Assembly: GCA_965206645.1 (NCBI GenBank)
Contig: CBDBKE010000004.1
Span: 1,664,001 to 1,728,000 of the forward strand
Reading direction: 5' to 3'
Length of the DNA stretch: 64,000 nucleotides
Source of the DNA: Terriglobia bacterium
GTDB lineage: Bacteria; Acidobacteriota; Terriglobia; JAJPHL01; JAPKYU01
The notes beneath the pieces are model-generated. The model did not search any database and was not told where the DNA came from. It saw only the letters and a program-made list of their open reading frames with translations. Within the stretch, counting starts at the first letter, position 1. Every line of letters starts with the position of its first letter. Below, piece by piece: positions 41,363 to 50,617 of this stretch. A program made the translations under genes and the position numbers.

Positions 41363-42562
41363 CTATGCTCTAACGCCCGCGCTCACTCTGGGTTTTGCGC
41401 GGGTCCGAGCCTTCTCCAAAGTAACCACTCTGCCGCGGCCGCCGCGGGTCTCGTACCATTGCTGCCAGACCACCACGATCGGCGTGGCAATGCCGATAGA
41501 AGAGTAGGTCCCAACTAAGACACCTATGACCAGCACGAACGCGAAGCCATGCAACACGGCCCCGCCGAACAAGAACAAGGAAAGCACTGTAATAAAAGTT
41601 AAACCGGAGGTCAAGATGGTCCGGCTTAGGGTTTGGTTGATGCTCCGGTTGACGATTTGAGCAAGCCCCTCGCGCCGCATCAGCTTCAGGTTTTCCCGGA
41701 TCCGGTCAAAAGCCACGATCGAATCGTTCACGGAGAAGCCAACCAGGGTCAATAGCGCCGCCACCACCGTCAGGCTGACCTCGATGTTGAACAACGAGAG
41801 GCACCCGATGGTAATAATGACATCGTGCAATGTAGCGATAACTGCTGCTACTCCATACACAAACTCAAATCGAAAAGCAATATAAATCAGCATGCCTGTC
41901 AGCGCGTACAGGGTGGCGTACAGGGCCTGACGGCTAAGCGTGGCGCCTACCTTGGGGCCGACAAACTCGGCGTTGCGGACGGCATAGGGAGCAAAGAGGA
42001 ACTCGCGGGTCATGGTCTGCTCCAACTGGGGCGTCAGGCCGGGCAGGCCGCGCAAATCGGAGACACCAGCGAGCAATCCGGACTTTTCTGTCCGGCGGTC
42101 GAGGATGCCATCCGCAAGGCTGGCCGCCTCTTGATCCCCCAGTCCCAACGCTACCAAACGGTTGAGCAGAGTATCCCGTCCGATGTTATTCAGGTCGGCC
42201 TTCTGTCCCTGATCGCCCGCGAAGGTCTCGCGCAAGGTCTCCAGTACGGTTGCGCGCATCGCTTCCAGGGTCATGCCCGTGCCCGAACTTAGCTTGACCT
42301 CGTTCTCCCGCACCGGGCCATAGCGTTGGATTTCGCTCTTTCCTAGGCCTTTTGTTTTCAAGGCGTTGCGGAGCTGGTCCAGGGATGGGGGCTGCTGGAA
42401 CTTCACGTACACCAAGGTGCCCCCGCGGAAGTCGACGCCGTACTCCGGGCCGCCCTTTACTAGCAAGGAGCTAAGGCCGACCAGGCATAGCAGCAGCGAC
42501 ACGGCAACAAAAGCCCACTTCCGGCCAAGGAAGTTATAGTTGACGTTCCGAAGAAGCTCCAT
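41363..42562 (-). CDS. secF: Protein translocase subunit SecF (with HhH-like periplasmic insert)
   Basis: GVDFRGGT, FVGPKVG, YIAFRFE, HDV, GFSVNDSIVAFDRIRE, QTLSRTILTS, GTYSS. Confidence 0.95.
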   Translation of the reverse strand: MELLRNVNYNFLGRKWAFVAVSLLLCLVGLSSLLVKGGPEYGVDFRGGTLVYVKFQQPPSLDQLRNALKTKGLGKSEIQRYGPVRENEVKLSSGTGMTLEAMRATVLETLRETFAGDQGQKADLNNIGRDTLLNRLVALGLGDQEAASLADGILDRRTEKSGLLAGVSDLRGLPGLTPQLEQTMTREFLFAPYAVRNAEFVGPKVGATLSRQALYATLYALTGMLIYIAFRFEFVYGVAAVIATLHDVIITIGCLSLFNIEVSLTVVAALLTLVGFSVNDSIVAFDRIRENLKLMRREGLAQIVNRSINQTLSRTILTSGLTFITVLSLFLFGGAVLHGFAFVLVIGVLVGTYSSIGIATPIVVVWQQWYETRGGRGRVVTLEKARTRAKPRVSAGVRA

Positions 42563-42715
42563 CTACGTCCAGGATCCTTTACCCAGATCCCCCAGCTCAC
42601 CCTCCCAACACACGCTCCCTACACTTAGTCTAGACACCAGCGGTCCTGATTATGTTCCCAAACCCGCGGCTTTGTCCAGGAGCAGGTTCTTCCACAAAGC
42701 TACTTTAGATACTGC

Positions 42716-44323
42716 CTAGATACTGATAGTTGGCTGCCCTCGCGCCCGATACACTCCCCACAGGAAGATAGTCCGGGAAACGAAAACGGCTGTGAACACG
42801 TTGGCCACGAGTCCTATGACCAGGGTCACAGCAAACCCGCGGACTGGCCCACTCCCGAGCAAGCCAAGAAATACGCAGGCCACCACCGTGGTCACGTGGG
42901 TGTCAATGATCGTAAGAAAAGCCTTCTCAAATCCAGTCGTGATCGCTGCCGGGACATTCTTGCCGGCCCTCAGTTCCTCTCGTATGCGCTCGAAAATCAA
43001 GACATTAGAATCCACCGCCATGCCGATCAACAGAACTAATCCGGCGATTCCTGGCAGTGTAAGCACGGCACCAAAGTAGGCCAGGGCGGCAAGCACCAAG
43101 AGCAGGTTCAGGACCAGGGCCACCACGGCATTCACCCCGGACCACCTATAGTAAAACAGCATCAAGAACGCGACCGCCGCCAGGCCCACCAGGGCCGAGA
43201 AGAAACCCTTTCGGATGGAATCGGCTCCCAGCGAGGCCCCAACCGTGCGCTCCTCCAGGTAGCTGATGCTGGCCGGCAGCGCACCTGACCTCAGAACCAG
43301 CGCCAGATTGCGGGCGCGGTCGAGGCTAAAGCGGCCCGTGATACGTCCCTGGTCGGTAATCCGGCTCTGGATCACGGCCACGGTTTCGATCTTGTTGTCC
43401 AGCACCACAGCCATGGAGTTGCCAACGTTCGCCTCCGTATAGCTCCCAAAGCGTTGCGCGCCTTCGGACTTGATGCTGAAATCGACTTCCGGGCTGCCAT
43501 TCTCGTCGCGGCCCACCCGGGCGGTGCGCAGGTCGCGGCCGGTGATAACCGAGGTCCGGCTCACGATATACCACTGGTCGCCGCTATCGGCGCCTGCCCC
43601 ATTCCGTTCCACCGACCTCAAGATGATGGATCCTCCCGGAAGCACCCCGCCTTTGGCGGCCATGGCTGCCTCCGGCGAGGAGTAGGGTTGCTGGTCCTTG
43701 ACTTCTTTGATCTCCAGCATCCCCGTTTCCTGCATGATCTCCTTCACGTCGGCCGGGTCGTCCACCCCTGGCAATTGCACCAAGACCTGGTGCTCGCCTC
43801 GGCCATGCTGCTGGATGGCCGGCTCCTTTAGGCCCTTCTCATCCACGCGGCGCCGGATGGTCTCCACGGATTGCTTCACCGCATCATCCTGGACAGCCAG
43901 CACCGCGGTTTGCTTCATGCGCAGGCTCCATTCGTCGTTGGCGCGGGAAGAGTAATCCCAGGCGTCGTCGAACTGCTCGCTCAACAGATCGCGAAACTCA
44001 CCGCTTTGCTCGGAGGGAATGTCCTCGACCAGGATTTGGGTGCCCCCTTCTCCGCGGCGGACTTCCCCGTAGCCGATCTCCCGCCTGCGGAGCAACTCCT
44101 TGAGCCGGTTCACCGTCTGATCCGTTTCGGCGGCCACCGCTTCCTCCACGTGCACCTGAAGGATCAGGTGCGTGCCCCCTTTCAAGTCCAGCCCCAGGCG
44201 GATGCGCTGGGCGGCATTCGCCTTGGCTTCCTCCCAACTGGTCGGCAAGCCGAAGATGCCCCCCACGCAGGCCAAAATCACAGCCGCGCTGAGGAGGGTC
44301 CTGTAAACCAAGTTCCGTTTCAT
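42716..44323 (-). CDS. secD: Protein translocase subunit SecD
   Basis: LGLDLKGG, VQLPG, AVVLD, LRSGALP, TLPGIAG, GMAVDSNVLIFERIREE. Confidence 0.96.
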   Translation of the reverse strand: MKRNLVYRTLLSAAVILACVGGIFGLPTSWEEAKANAAQRIRLGLDLKGGTHLILQVHVEEAVAAETDQTVNRLKELLRRREIGYGEVRRGEGGTQILVEDIPSEQSGEFRDLLSEQFDDAWDYSSRANDEWSLRMKQTAVLAVQDDAVKQSVETIRRRVDEKGLKEPAIQQHGRGEHQVLVQLPGVDDPADVKEIMQETGMLEIKEVKDQQPYSSPEAAMAAKGGVLPGGSIILRSVERNGAGADSGDQWYIVSRTSVITGRDLRTARVGRDENGSPEVDFSIKSEGAQRFGSYTEANVGNSMAVVLDNKIETVAVIQSRITDQGRITGRFSLDRARNLALVLRSGALPASISYLEERTVGASLGADSIRKGFFSALVGLAAVAFLMLFYYRWSGVNAVVALVLNLLLVLAALAYFGAVLTLPGIAGLVLLIGMAVDSNVLIFERIREELRAGKNVPAAITTGFEKAFLTIIDTHVTTVVACVFLGLLGSGPVRGFAVTLVIGLVANVFTAVFVSRTIFLWGVYRARGQPTISI

Positions 44324-44333
44324 TGGCCGAGAC

Positions 44334-44657
44334 CTACCCGGATTTCTTCTCTTCGACGCTCACCAGGCCCGTCACGGCGGCCCGTGAGACCTCCAGACGG
44401 ATGTCCTGAGGTGGCACGCGGAGGTGGATGTAATCTTCCTTGAGGCCCACGATGGTGCCGCGGATGCCGCCGGTGGTGATCACGCGGTCGCCGTTTTTCA
44501 GATTCGCCAGCATCTCCCTTTGCTGCTTTTGGCGGCGCTGCTGGGGAAGAAACAACAGCACATAAAAGATCCCAAAGATGAGGAAGAAAGGGAACATCGC
44601 GCGGAGGATTTGGTCCAAACCGCCTGTTTGAAGCCAGAATGTCAATCCCGCAAACAA
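44334..44657 (-). CDS. yajC: Preprotein translocase subunit YajC
   Basis: FYVLLFLPQQRRQK, LKNGDRVITTGGIRG. Confidence 0.93.
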   Translation of the reverse strand: MFAGLTFWLQTGGLDQILRAMFPFFLIFGIFYVLLFLPQQRRQKQQREMLANLKNGDRVITTGGIRGTIVGLKEDYIHLRVPPQDIRLEVSRAAVTGLVSVEEKKSG

Positions 44658-44793
44658 CCCTGTTTGTCCCCCGATCGATTCCAGATTTCAGGTGGAGCTT
44701 GACTCTTCCCGCCAGGAAGCGGGCCAGATCCTAACGGAAGTCTGCAACTGGTCTGCCAGCGAGCCCGCACGGCCCGCGATGGGAAACTAGACC

Positions 44794-45975
44794 TTAAGCT
44801 TCCGATTGTGAGCGCGCAACTGCAAGGAATTCCGAAAAGCCTCCAAGCAAAATAGCTTGCCGGATTTGGCGCATCCTGTCAAGGTAAAAGTACAAGTTGT
44901 GGATTGTATTCAACACGCTGGAAAGAATTTCACCCGACAGAAACAGGTGCCGCAAGTAGGCGCGCGAATAGCGACGGCACACGGGGCAGCCGCACCGTTC
45001 GTCGGGCGGTTTGGGGTCCTCAGCGTAGCAGGCATGGCGGATGATCAGGCGTCCTTGCGAGGTAAACAGCAACCCATTTCGGGCGTTGCGGGTGGGAAGC
45101 ACGCAGTCCATCATGTCCACCCCGAGAGCCACGTACTCGGCCAGCTCTTCCGGCGAGCCCGCTCCCATCATGTACCGGGGCTGGTGGCGGGGTAACAAGG
45201 GCTCTGCAGCGTCGAGCATCTCGAAAGTGAGCGAGCGCGGTTCGCCCACCGACAACCCCCCGATGGCGTAGCCGTCCAAGCCCAGTTCTACGGTGCGCTC
45301 GGCCGATTCCCGGCGCAGGTCCGGGTAGACGCTGCCTTGGATGATGCCGAACAGGGTTGCCGGCCCAGGACGTTCCCGCCAGCGGTTGCGACTTCGCTCG
45401 GCCCAACGCAGGGTCATCTCCATGGATTTGCGCGCCCGCTCGTGACTCACCGGGAACTCGGTGCAGTCGTCTAGCGGCATAACGATGTCGCTTCCCAGAG
45501 CGTTCTGCACTTCCAGCGCAAATTCGGGCGAGAAGAAGTGTTCGGAGCCGTCCAGGTGCGAGCGGAAGGTCACCCCCTGCTCGCTGAGCCGGCGCAGGGC
45601 CGCCATCGAAAACACCTGGAAGCCCCCGCTGTCAGTGACGATCGAACGGGACCAGGACATGAACCGGTGCAGGCCGCCCAGGCTGTGAATTCGGTCGTGG
45701 CCCGGCCGCAGGTAGAGGTGGTAGGTATTGCACAGCAGAATCTCGGCTCCCAGTTCCTCCAACACCTCCTGCGTCAGGCCTTTGACGGTACCCAGCGTTC
45801 CTACCGGCATGAAGACCGGCGTCTCGACCGTTCCGTGGGGCGTGTGCAAGCGTCCGGCACGGGCGCGCGTGTGCGGATCGGTAGCCACGATCTCGAAGCG
45901 GAACATTTGTTGCAGCGCAGCGCCGGGCCGCGCATCACCGGGACGCGGGTTTCCGGGCTGCGCGTCGGTGTTCAT
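44794..45975 (-). CDS. tgt: tRNA-guanine transglycosylase
   Basis: TPVFMPVGT, NTYHL, TDSGGFQVFS, GGLSVGE, DCVLPTR, CGCPVC, HNL. Confidence 0.96.
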   Translation of the reverse strand: MNTDAQPGNPRPGDARPGAALQQMFRFEIVATDPHTRARAGRLHTPHGTVETPVFMPVGTLGTVKGLTQEVLEELGAEILLCNTYHLYLRPGHDRIHSLGGLHRFMSWSRSIVTDSGGFQVFSMAALRRLSEQGVTFRSHLDGSEHFFSPEFALEVQNALGSDIVMPLDDCTEFPVSHERARKSMEMTLRWAERSRNRWRERPGPATLFGIIQGSVYPDLRRESAERTVELGLDGYAIGGLSVGEPRSLTFEMLDAAEPLLPRHQPRYMMGAGSPEELAEYVALGVDMMDCVLPTRNARNGLLFTSQGRLIIRHACYAEDPKPPDERCGCPVCRRYSRAYLRHLFLSGEILSSVLNTIHNLYFYLDRMRQIRQAILLGGFSEFLAVARSQSEA

Positions 45976-45978
45976 CCT

Positions 45979-46015
45979 ATCCAGTCCAAGCTCCAATGTC
46001 CAAAGTCCAAGCTCC
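45979..46015. repeat. Degenerate heptamer (GTCCAAG-like) tandem repeat
   Basis: TCCAGTCCAAGCTCCAATGTCCAAAGTCCAAGCTCC upstream of tgt. Confidence 0.6.
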
Positions 46016-46070
46016 CGGTTAGGTGGAATACATGGACCGTTTCGGTTGGAACCGCACTAGAATAGCGCCC

Positions 46071-46160
46071 ATGGCTGGGGAACTGGCCGGAGTGGCGGCA
46101 GGGATCAGCGCGACGATCCTTTACGTGGCTGCCGAAGGCCTCACGGAATTGCTTTCATGA
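46071..46160 (+). CDS. Putative leaderless 29-aa hydrophobic peptide coupled to the ACP
   Basis: TAGAAT (46058-63), 7 nt, then ATG. MAGELAGVAAGISATILYVAAEGLTELLS*; its TGA overlaps the ACP ATG (ATGA). Confidence 0.35.
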   Translation: MAGELAGVAAGISATILYVAAEGLTELLS

Positions 46161-46468
46161 GCCACTTAGAGATCAGCGAAGCCGAACTCACCGCGCGGGT
46201 GGTCTCGATCATCACCACGCAGCAGAAGCTGCCCGCCGGTCGCGTGACGCCGGAGTCCTCCTTCGAGGAGCTGGGCATTGATTCGCTGGACGGGGTCAGC
46301 CTGTTGTTCGTTTTCGAGGAGGAGTTTAATATCACCATCCCGGAGCATGTAGCGCAGCAGATGAAGGACGTGCGCCAGGTGGTCACTGGCTTGCAGCAGG
46401 TCCTGAAGGCCAGGTCCGGGGTCCAGAGTCCAAAGTCTGAAGTCGAAAGCTCCGAGCCGGGTTCCTGA
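46157..46468 (+). CDS. Acyl carrier protein (NodF-like position)
   Basis: SFEELGIDSLDGVSLLFVFEEEFNITIP phosphopantetheine motif. The C-terminal tail is encoded by heptamer repeats. Confidence 0.9.
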   Translation: MSHLEISEAELTARVVSIITTQQKLPAGRVTPESSFEELGIDSLDGVSLLFVFEEEFNITIPEHVAQQMKDVRQVVTGLQQVLKARSGVQSPKSEVESSEPGS

Positions 46469-46500
46469 CCTTGGACCTTGGTTTGGAACGTTGGATTTTG
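46413..46500. repeat. Inverted pair of heptamer tandem repeats (GTCCAxx / xxTTGGAC)
   Basis: GTCCGGG GTCCAGA GTCCAAA GTCTGAA GTCGAAA ... CCTTGGA CCTTGGT TTGGAA CGTTGGA. Confidence 0.6.
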
Positions 46501-46502
46501 AA

Positions 46503-47711
46503 ATGAACCGCGTGGCGATTACCGGGATGGGTTGCGTCTCGGCGCTGGGTTGCGGCGTGCCGGCATTTTGGCAGGGGTTGCTGGCTGGCCGCAGCGCCGA
46601 GCGGCGCATCAGCCTGTTCGATCCGTCGCGGCTGGTGGTGCCGGTGGCCGCGGAAGTTCCCAACTACGATCCGGCAAGCCACTTTCCCCCGAAAAAGCTG
46701 GACCTGCTGGACCGGTTCGCACAGTTTGCTCTGCTGGCGGCTTCAGAAGCTTTGCACGACGCCGGCCTGGAGCCGAGCCAGAGCAATCATGGGCGCGCCG
46801 GGGTCGCCTTGGGAACTGGCAGCGGTGGCGCACTCACTCAGGACGAACGCTATTACGAACTGTATGGCCGCAACGCCCAGCGCCTGCACCCGTTTACCAT
46901 TCCGCGCCTGATGTACGGCGCCGCCGCGTCGCAACTCAGTATGGAATTTGGCTTGACGGGGCCGGTCTTGGTCTTCTCCACCGCCTGTGCTTCGGCCACC
47001 CACGCGCTGGGCGAGGCCGCTGAAATGATCCGGACCGGGCGCGCCGAGTGGATGCTGGCAGGCGGCAGTGACGCGCCCATCTGCTACGGCGTGATGAAGT
47101 GCTGGGAAGCGATGCGCGTGATGGCCCCGGTGTGCCGGCCGTTTAGTGCCGACCGCCAGGGGATGGTCTTGGGCGAAGGGTCGGGTGTGTTGGTGCTGGA
47201 GGAGTGGGAGCACGCCCGTCGGCGCGGCGCGCACATTTACGCGGAACTGGCCGGCTACGGAGCTACCGCGGATGCCGGTCACATCACCCAGCCGGGATTG
47301 GAGGGCCCGGTGGCCGCCATACGTACCGCACTGGCTCAGGCGGCGCTGGCGCCCGAAGCGGTGGATTACGTGAACGCCCACGGCACCGGGACGCGCTTGA
47401 ATGATCCCAGGGAAACACAGATCCTGAAGCAGGCATTCGGCCCGCATGCGCGCGCCCTGGCTGTCTCCTCGACCAAGTCCATGCACGGGCACGCCATGGG
47501 GGCCAGCGGCGCGCTGGAACTCATCGCCACGGCGCTTGCGGTGGACTGCGGTGTCGTCCCTCCCACCGCCAACTACACCAAGCCCGACCCGGAATGCGAC
47601 CTGGACTACGTGCCCGGTACGCCCCGCCAGCAGCCGGTGCGGGCCGCCGTTTCCAACTCCTTCGCGTTTGGGGGCCTCAATGCCGTGCTGGCCGTCAAGC
47701 AAACACAATGA
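46503..47711 (+). CDS. Beta-ketoacyl-ACP synthase (FabF/NodE-like)
   Basis: STACASA, NAHGTGT, STKSMHGH triad. AGGSDAP..GVMKCWEAMRV..CRPFSADR segment resembles NodE. Confidence 0.9.
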   Translation: MNRVAITGMGCVSALGCGVPAFWQGLLAGRSAERRISLFDPSRLVVPVAAEVPNYDPASHFPPKKLDLLDRFAQFALLAASEALHDAGLEPSQSNHGRAGVALGTGSGGALTQDERYYELYGRNAQRLHPFTIPRLMYGAAASQLSMEFGLTGPVLVFSTACASATHALGEAAEMIRTGRAEWMLAGGSDAPICYGVMKCWEAMRVMAPVCRPFSADRQGMVLGEGSGVLVLEEWEHARRRGAHIYAELAGYGATADAGHITQPGLEGPVAAIRTALAQAALAPEAVDYVNAHGTGTRLNDPRETQILKQAFGPHARALAVSSTKSMHGHAMGASGALELIATALAVDCGVVPPTANYTKPDPECDLDYVPGTPRQQPVRAAVSNSFAFGGLNAVLAVKQTQ

Positions 47712-47847
47712 GAGAGACCTCCGCACTGGGAGGCTGGGGAAAATGGCGGATCGCTCCCCGTCAGCCCTTCCATTCGACTCAGGCCATGGCCGAAACGCGC
47801 GTTGGATGGGCCTTCTGAGGGAACCCGTGAGTCTTGGGCGTATTTCG

Positions 47848-48393
47848 CTAGCCTTGATTCCGCAGTAAGAAATATCCCAGCAGAGTTTTCCCGTCCTGGA
47901 TCTTGCCGCGCCGGATCAACTCTCCCAACTGAGGAAGGGAAAACCATCGCTTGCGGATCAGCTCATCGGGTTCCGGGCGGGCACGCCCCTGGCGCAGCCC
48001 TTCGGCCAGGAACAGCCACATTTTCTCGTCCACGAAACCCGGGCTGGGAAAGACCTCGGCCAGCAGCTTCCAGCGGGCGGCCCTGAAGCCAGTTTCCTCC
48101 AGTAGCTCGCGCCGTGCAGCCTGAAGCGGACTTTCCCCGCCGGCGATGCGCCCGGCCGCCAGCTCCCACAGGAACCGTCGCGGAGCCAGCCGGAACTGTT
48201 GCACCAGGAGCAGGCGACCATCGCTGTGGCGCGGGAGAATTACTGCCGAGCCGGGGTGGCGCACCAGTTCCCGCACCACTTTCTTGCCGCCCGGCTCCAC
48301 CGCCGTATCCCGGGTCACAGAGAACACGCGGCCCCGGAAAACCACTTCAGAACGCTGGACCTTCACTTGCCGGGCGGGCTTGGGCGCGCGCAT
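47848..48393 (-). CDS. NUDIX hydrolase (ADP-ribose pyrophosphatase-like)
   Basis: VRHPGSAVI, WELAAGRIAGGESPLQAARRELLEETG, SPGF, IQDGKT. Confidence 0.9.
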   Translation of the reverse strand: MRAPKPARQVKVQRSEVVFRGRVFSVTRDTAVEPGGKKVVRELVRHPGSAVILPRHSDGRLLLVQQFRLAPRRFLWELAAGRIAGGESPLQAARRELLEETGFRAARWKLLAEVFPSPGFVDEKMWLFLAEGLRQGRARPEPDELIRKRWFSLPQLGELIRRGKIQDGKTLLGYFLLRNQG

Positions 48394-48521
48394 GCAAGAA
48401 AGAATAGCAGAACGCGCCGGGCCGAAGGCAGACCAACCTATTTTTTGCTGCCTACTGCTTGTCTGCTGCCTACTGCTTGCCTCCAAAACCGCGCCCCTGA
48501 CACCTGATACACTTAAGCCGT

Positions 48522-50240
48522 ATGCTCGTGTTGGGAATCTCTGGCTTGTCCCACCAGGCCACGGCGGCTCTGTTGCGAGACGGAGAGATTCTGGCGGCCT
48601 GCGAGGAAGCCAAGCTGATCGGGCGGCGCAGTCCCCATGGCGTGCCGCACAAGGCCATTGCTTTTTGCCTGAACAAAGCCGGGGCGACGGCCGACGATGT
48701 GGAGGCAGTGGCGGTGGACCTGCAACCGCTGCGGCTGCTGGGGCGCGAACTGGCCTTTCGCGGCAGGAAGTTTCCCATTGCCCCGCTGGCCTCGGTCCTG
48801 CACGGCATCGCCGGACTGAACCGGGCGCGGCTGGAGTTTCGCGACCTGCGCACCCTGCGGGAATTGTTCCCCAAGGCTCGCTTCACAGCCGTAGATCACC
48901 ACTACGCTCACGCCGCCTACGCTTACTATCCCAGCACGTTCGACCGCGCTCTGGTTCTGACCCTGGACGGCGGTTCGGCGATGCGGGCAGCCCAGGTGGC
49001 ACTGGCCGAGGGCGACGGCATCCGGCCGCTGGCCGACGGGGCCTTCCCCCACTCGGTGGGATTGCTCTACAGCGAAATCACAGCGTTGCTGGGTTGGGAC
49101 CCGGCGGACGATGTCCACCGCACCGTGTGGCTGAGCACCATCGGGGAGCCAGAGTTCGGTGATGTCTTTCGCCGCATCTTGGCGCCGTTTCATCGTGGCG
49201 AGCTGCGCCTGAATGCTGACTGCTTTAGCTTCAGCGCTTCCGGACGTGTCCGGCTTTCGGAAAAGTTCCTCTCGGCGATTGGACTGCAACCACGCTCCAA
49301 GGGCCGACCCAGAAGTCCGGTCACCGCCGCCGCCGTGATGCCGCAAAGCTGGCGGGCTAATCTGGCCGCCAGCCTGCAATCGGAAGCCGAAGCGGCGCTG
49401 GTGGAGCTGGCCGAGCACTGGCGCCAGCGCACGGGCGCCGAAACGCTGTGTCTTGGCGGCGGCGTCGCCTTCAACGTCCTGCTGGCCGACGCGCTGGCCA
49501 CACGGACTGGCTTCCGCGACGGTTTTGTTCCACCAGCCGCCGGCAACGCGGGGTGCGCCATTGGCGGGGCCATGGCCGTCACCCAAGCCGCCGGCGTTTC
49601 CCTACGGCGCTGCATGCTGTCAGCCAGCCTGGGTCCCGCTTTCTCCGGGCAGGAGATTAAAGACATCCTAGATAACTGCCGACTGCGCTATCGCCATCAG
49701 GCCATGCCACAACTAGTGGGCGCCGTAGCCGAGTTGCTTGCGGGTGGTTCGTTTGTGGGCTGGTTTCAAGGGGCCGCCGAATTCGGGCCGCGGGCCCTGG
49801 GGCACCGCAGTGTTCTGGCAGCCCCGCGGGATCATTGGGTGAAGGAGAACCTGAACGCCTACACCAAGCGCCGCGAGCCGTTCAGGCCGCTTGCAGCTTC
49901 GGTGACCGAAGAGGCCGCCGCGCGCTACTTTGACTATCGCTGGCCTGCGCCAGCCGCTTACCTGGCTTCCGTGGCGCGGGTCAAGGATGCGGCCAGTGTT
50001 CCCGGCTTGGCGTTTGCCGGTGATCGGGCGCGCATCCACGTCGTACCGCGTGCGGGCAACAAACACTACCACGAGCTGCTGACGCGGGTGGGCGAACTGA
50101 CCGGCCATCCCGTGCTGATCAATACCTCGTTCAATGAACCGGGGGCTCCCCTGGCCGCAACTCCCAGCGAAGCCCTGCGCGTGTTTTACTCCAGCGGCGT
50201 GGACGCGCTGGCCATCGGCAATTTCCTGATCCAAAAATGA
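48522..50240 (+). CDS. Carbamoyltransferase (NodU/CmcH family), divergent
   Basis: LGISG, DHHYAHA, LGGGVAFN, PAAGNAG, EFGPRALGHRS, KRREPFRP, LINTSFN. Confidence 0.88.
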   Translation: MLVLGISGLSHQATAALLRDGEILAACEEAKLIGRRSPHGVPHKAIAFCLNKAGATADDVEAVAVDLQPLRLLGRELAFRGRKFPIAPLASVLHGIAGLNRARLEFRDLRTLRELFPKARFTAVDHHYAHAAYAYYPSTFDRALVLTLDGGSAMRAAQVALAEGDGIRPLADGAFPHSVGLLYSEITALLGWDPADDVHRTVWLSTIGEPEFGDVFRRILAPFHRGELRLNADCFSFSASGRVRLSEKFLSAIGLQPRSKGRPRSPVTAAAVMPQSWRANLAASLQSEAEAALVELAEHWRQRTGAETLCLGGGVAFNVLLADALATRTGFRDGFVPPAAGNAGCAIGGAMAVTQAAGVSLRRCMLSASLGPAFSGQEIKDILDNCRLRYRHQAMPQLVGAVAELLAGGSFVGWFQGAAEFGPRALGHRSVLAAPRDHWVKENLNAYTKRREPFRPLAASVTEEAAARYFDYRWPAPAAYLASVARVKDAASVPGLAFAGDRARIHVVPRAGNKHYHELLTRVGELTGHPVLINTSFNEPGAPLAATPSEALRVFYSSGVDALAIGNFLIQK

Positions 50241-50347
50241 GACTGGCGTATGGAAACCGTAGGCTGGCGAGGTGGTAGCGACCGAGGCGATCGGGGGTTT
50301 TCCGGAGCCGCTCCAGCGACAGTTAGGCTTGCTCGCTTCTGCCTGGA

Positions 50348-50617
50348 TCAAGTACTGAACGAACGGAACCTCCTACGTAGTAAATAAGTAGCAAACGAGC
50401 ATAACCCGGAAAACTTATAGCTGCTATCCACGTACTTGCCAATGACGTAGAAAGCAAAGTAGTAGAATCTAGCAAAACACCATACCGATAGAATCAGCAA
50501 AAGAATTACTTTGCGATCGGGGTTTTCAAGAATAAGTAGGGTGGAAGCCAACAAACTCCCTACGAGAAAAAGAAAACCTTTCGCGTAAATGATTCTGATG
50601 TTTGTAATGTCCGTCAT
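50348..50617 (-). CDS. Small AT-rich membrane protein (possible gene cassette)
   Basis: 89 aa, AKGFLFL...WCFARFYYFAFYVI..YVD..YKFSGL. Visibly lower GC than its flanks. Confidence 0.7.
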   Translation of the reverse strand: MTDITNIRIIYAKGFLFLVGSLLASTLLILENPDRKVILLLILSVWCFARFYYFAFYVIGKYVDSSYKFSGLCSFATYLLRRRFRSFST

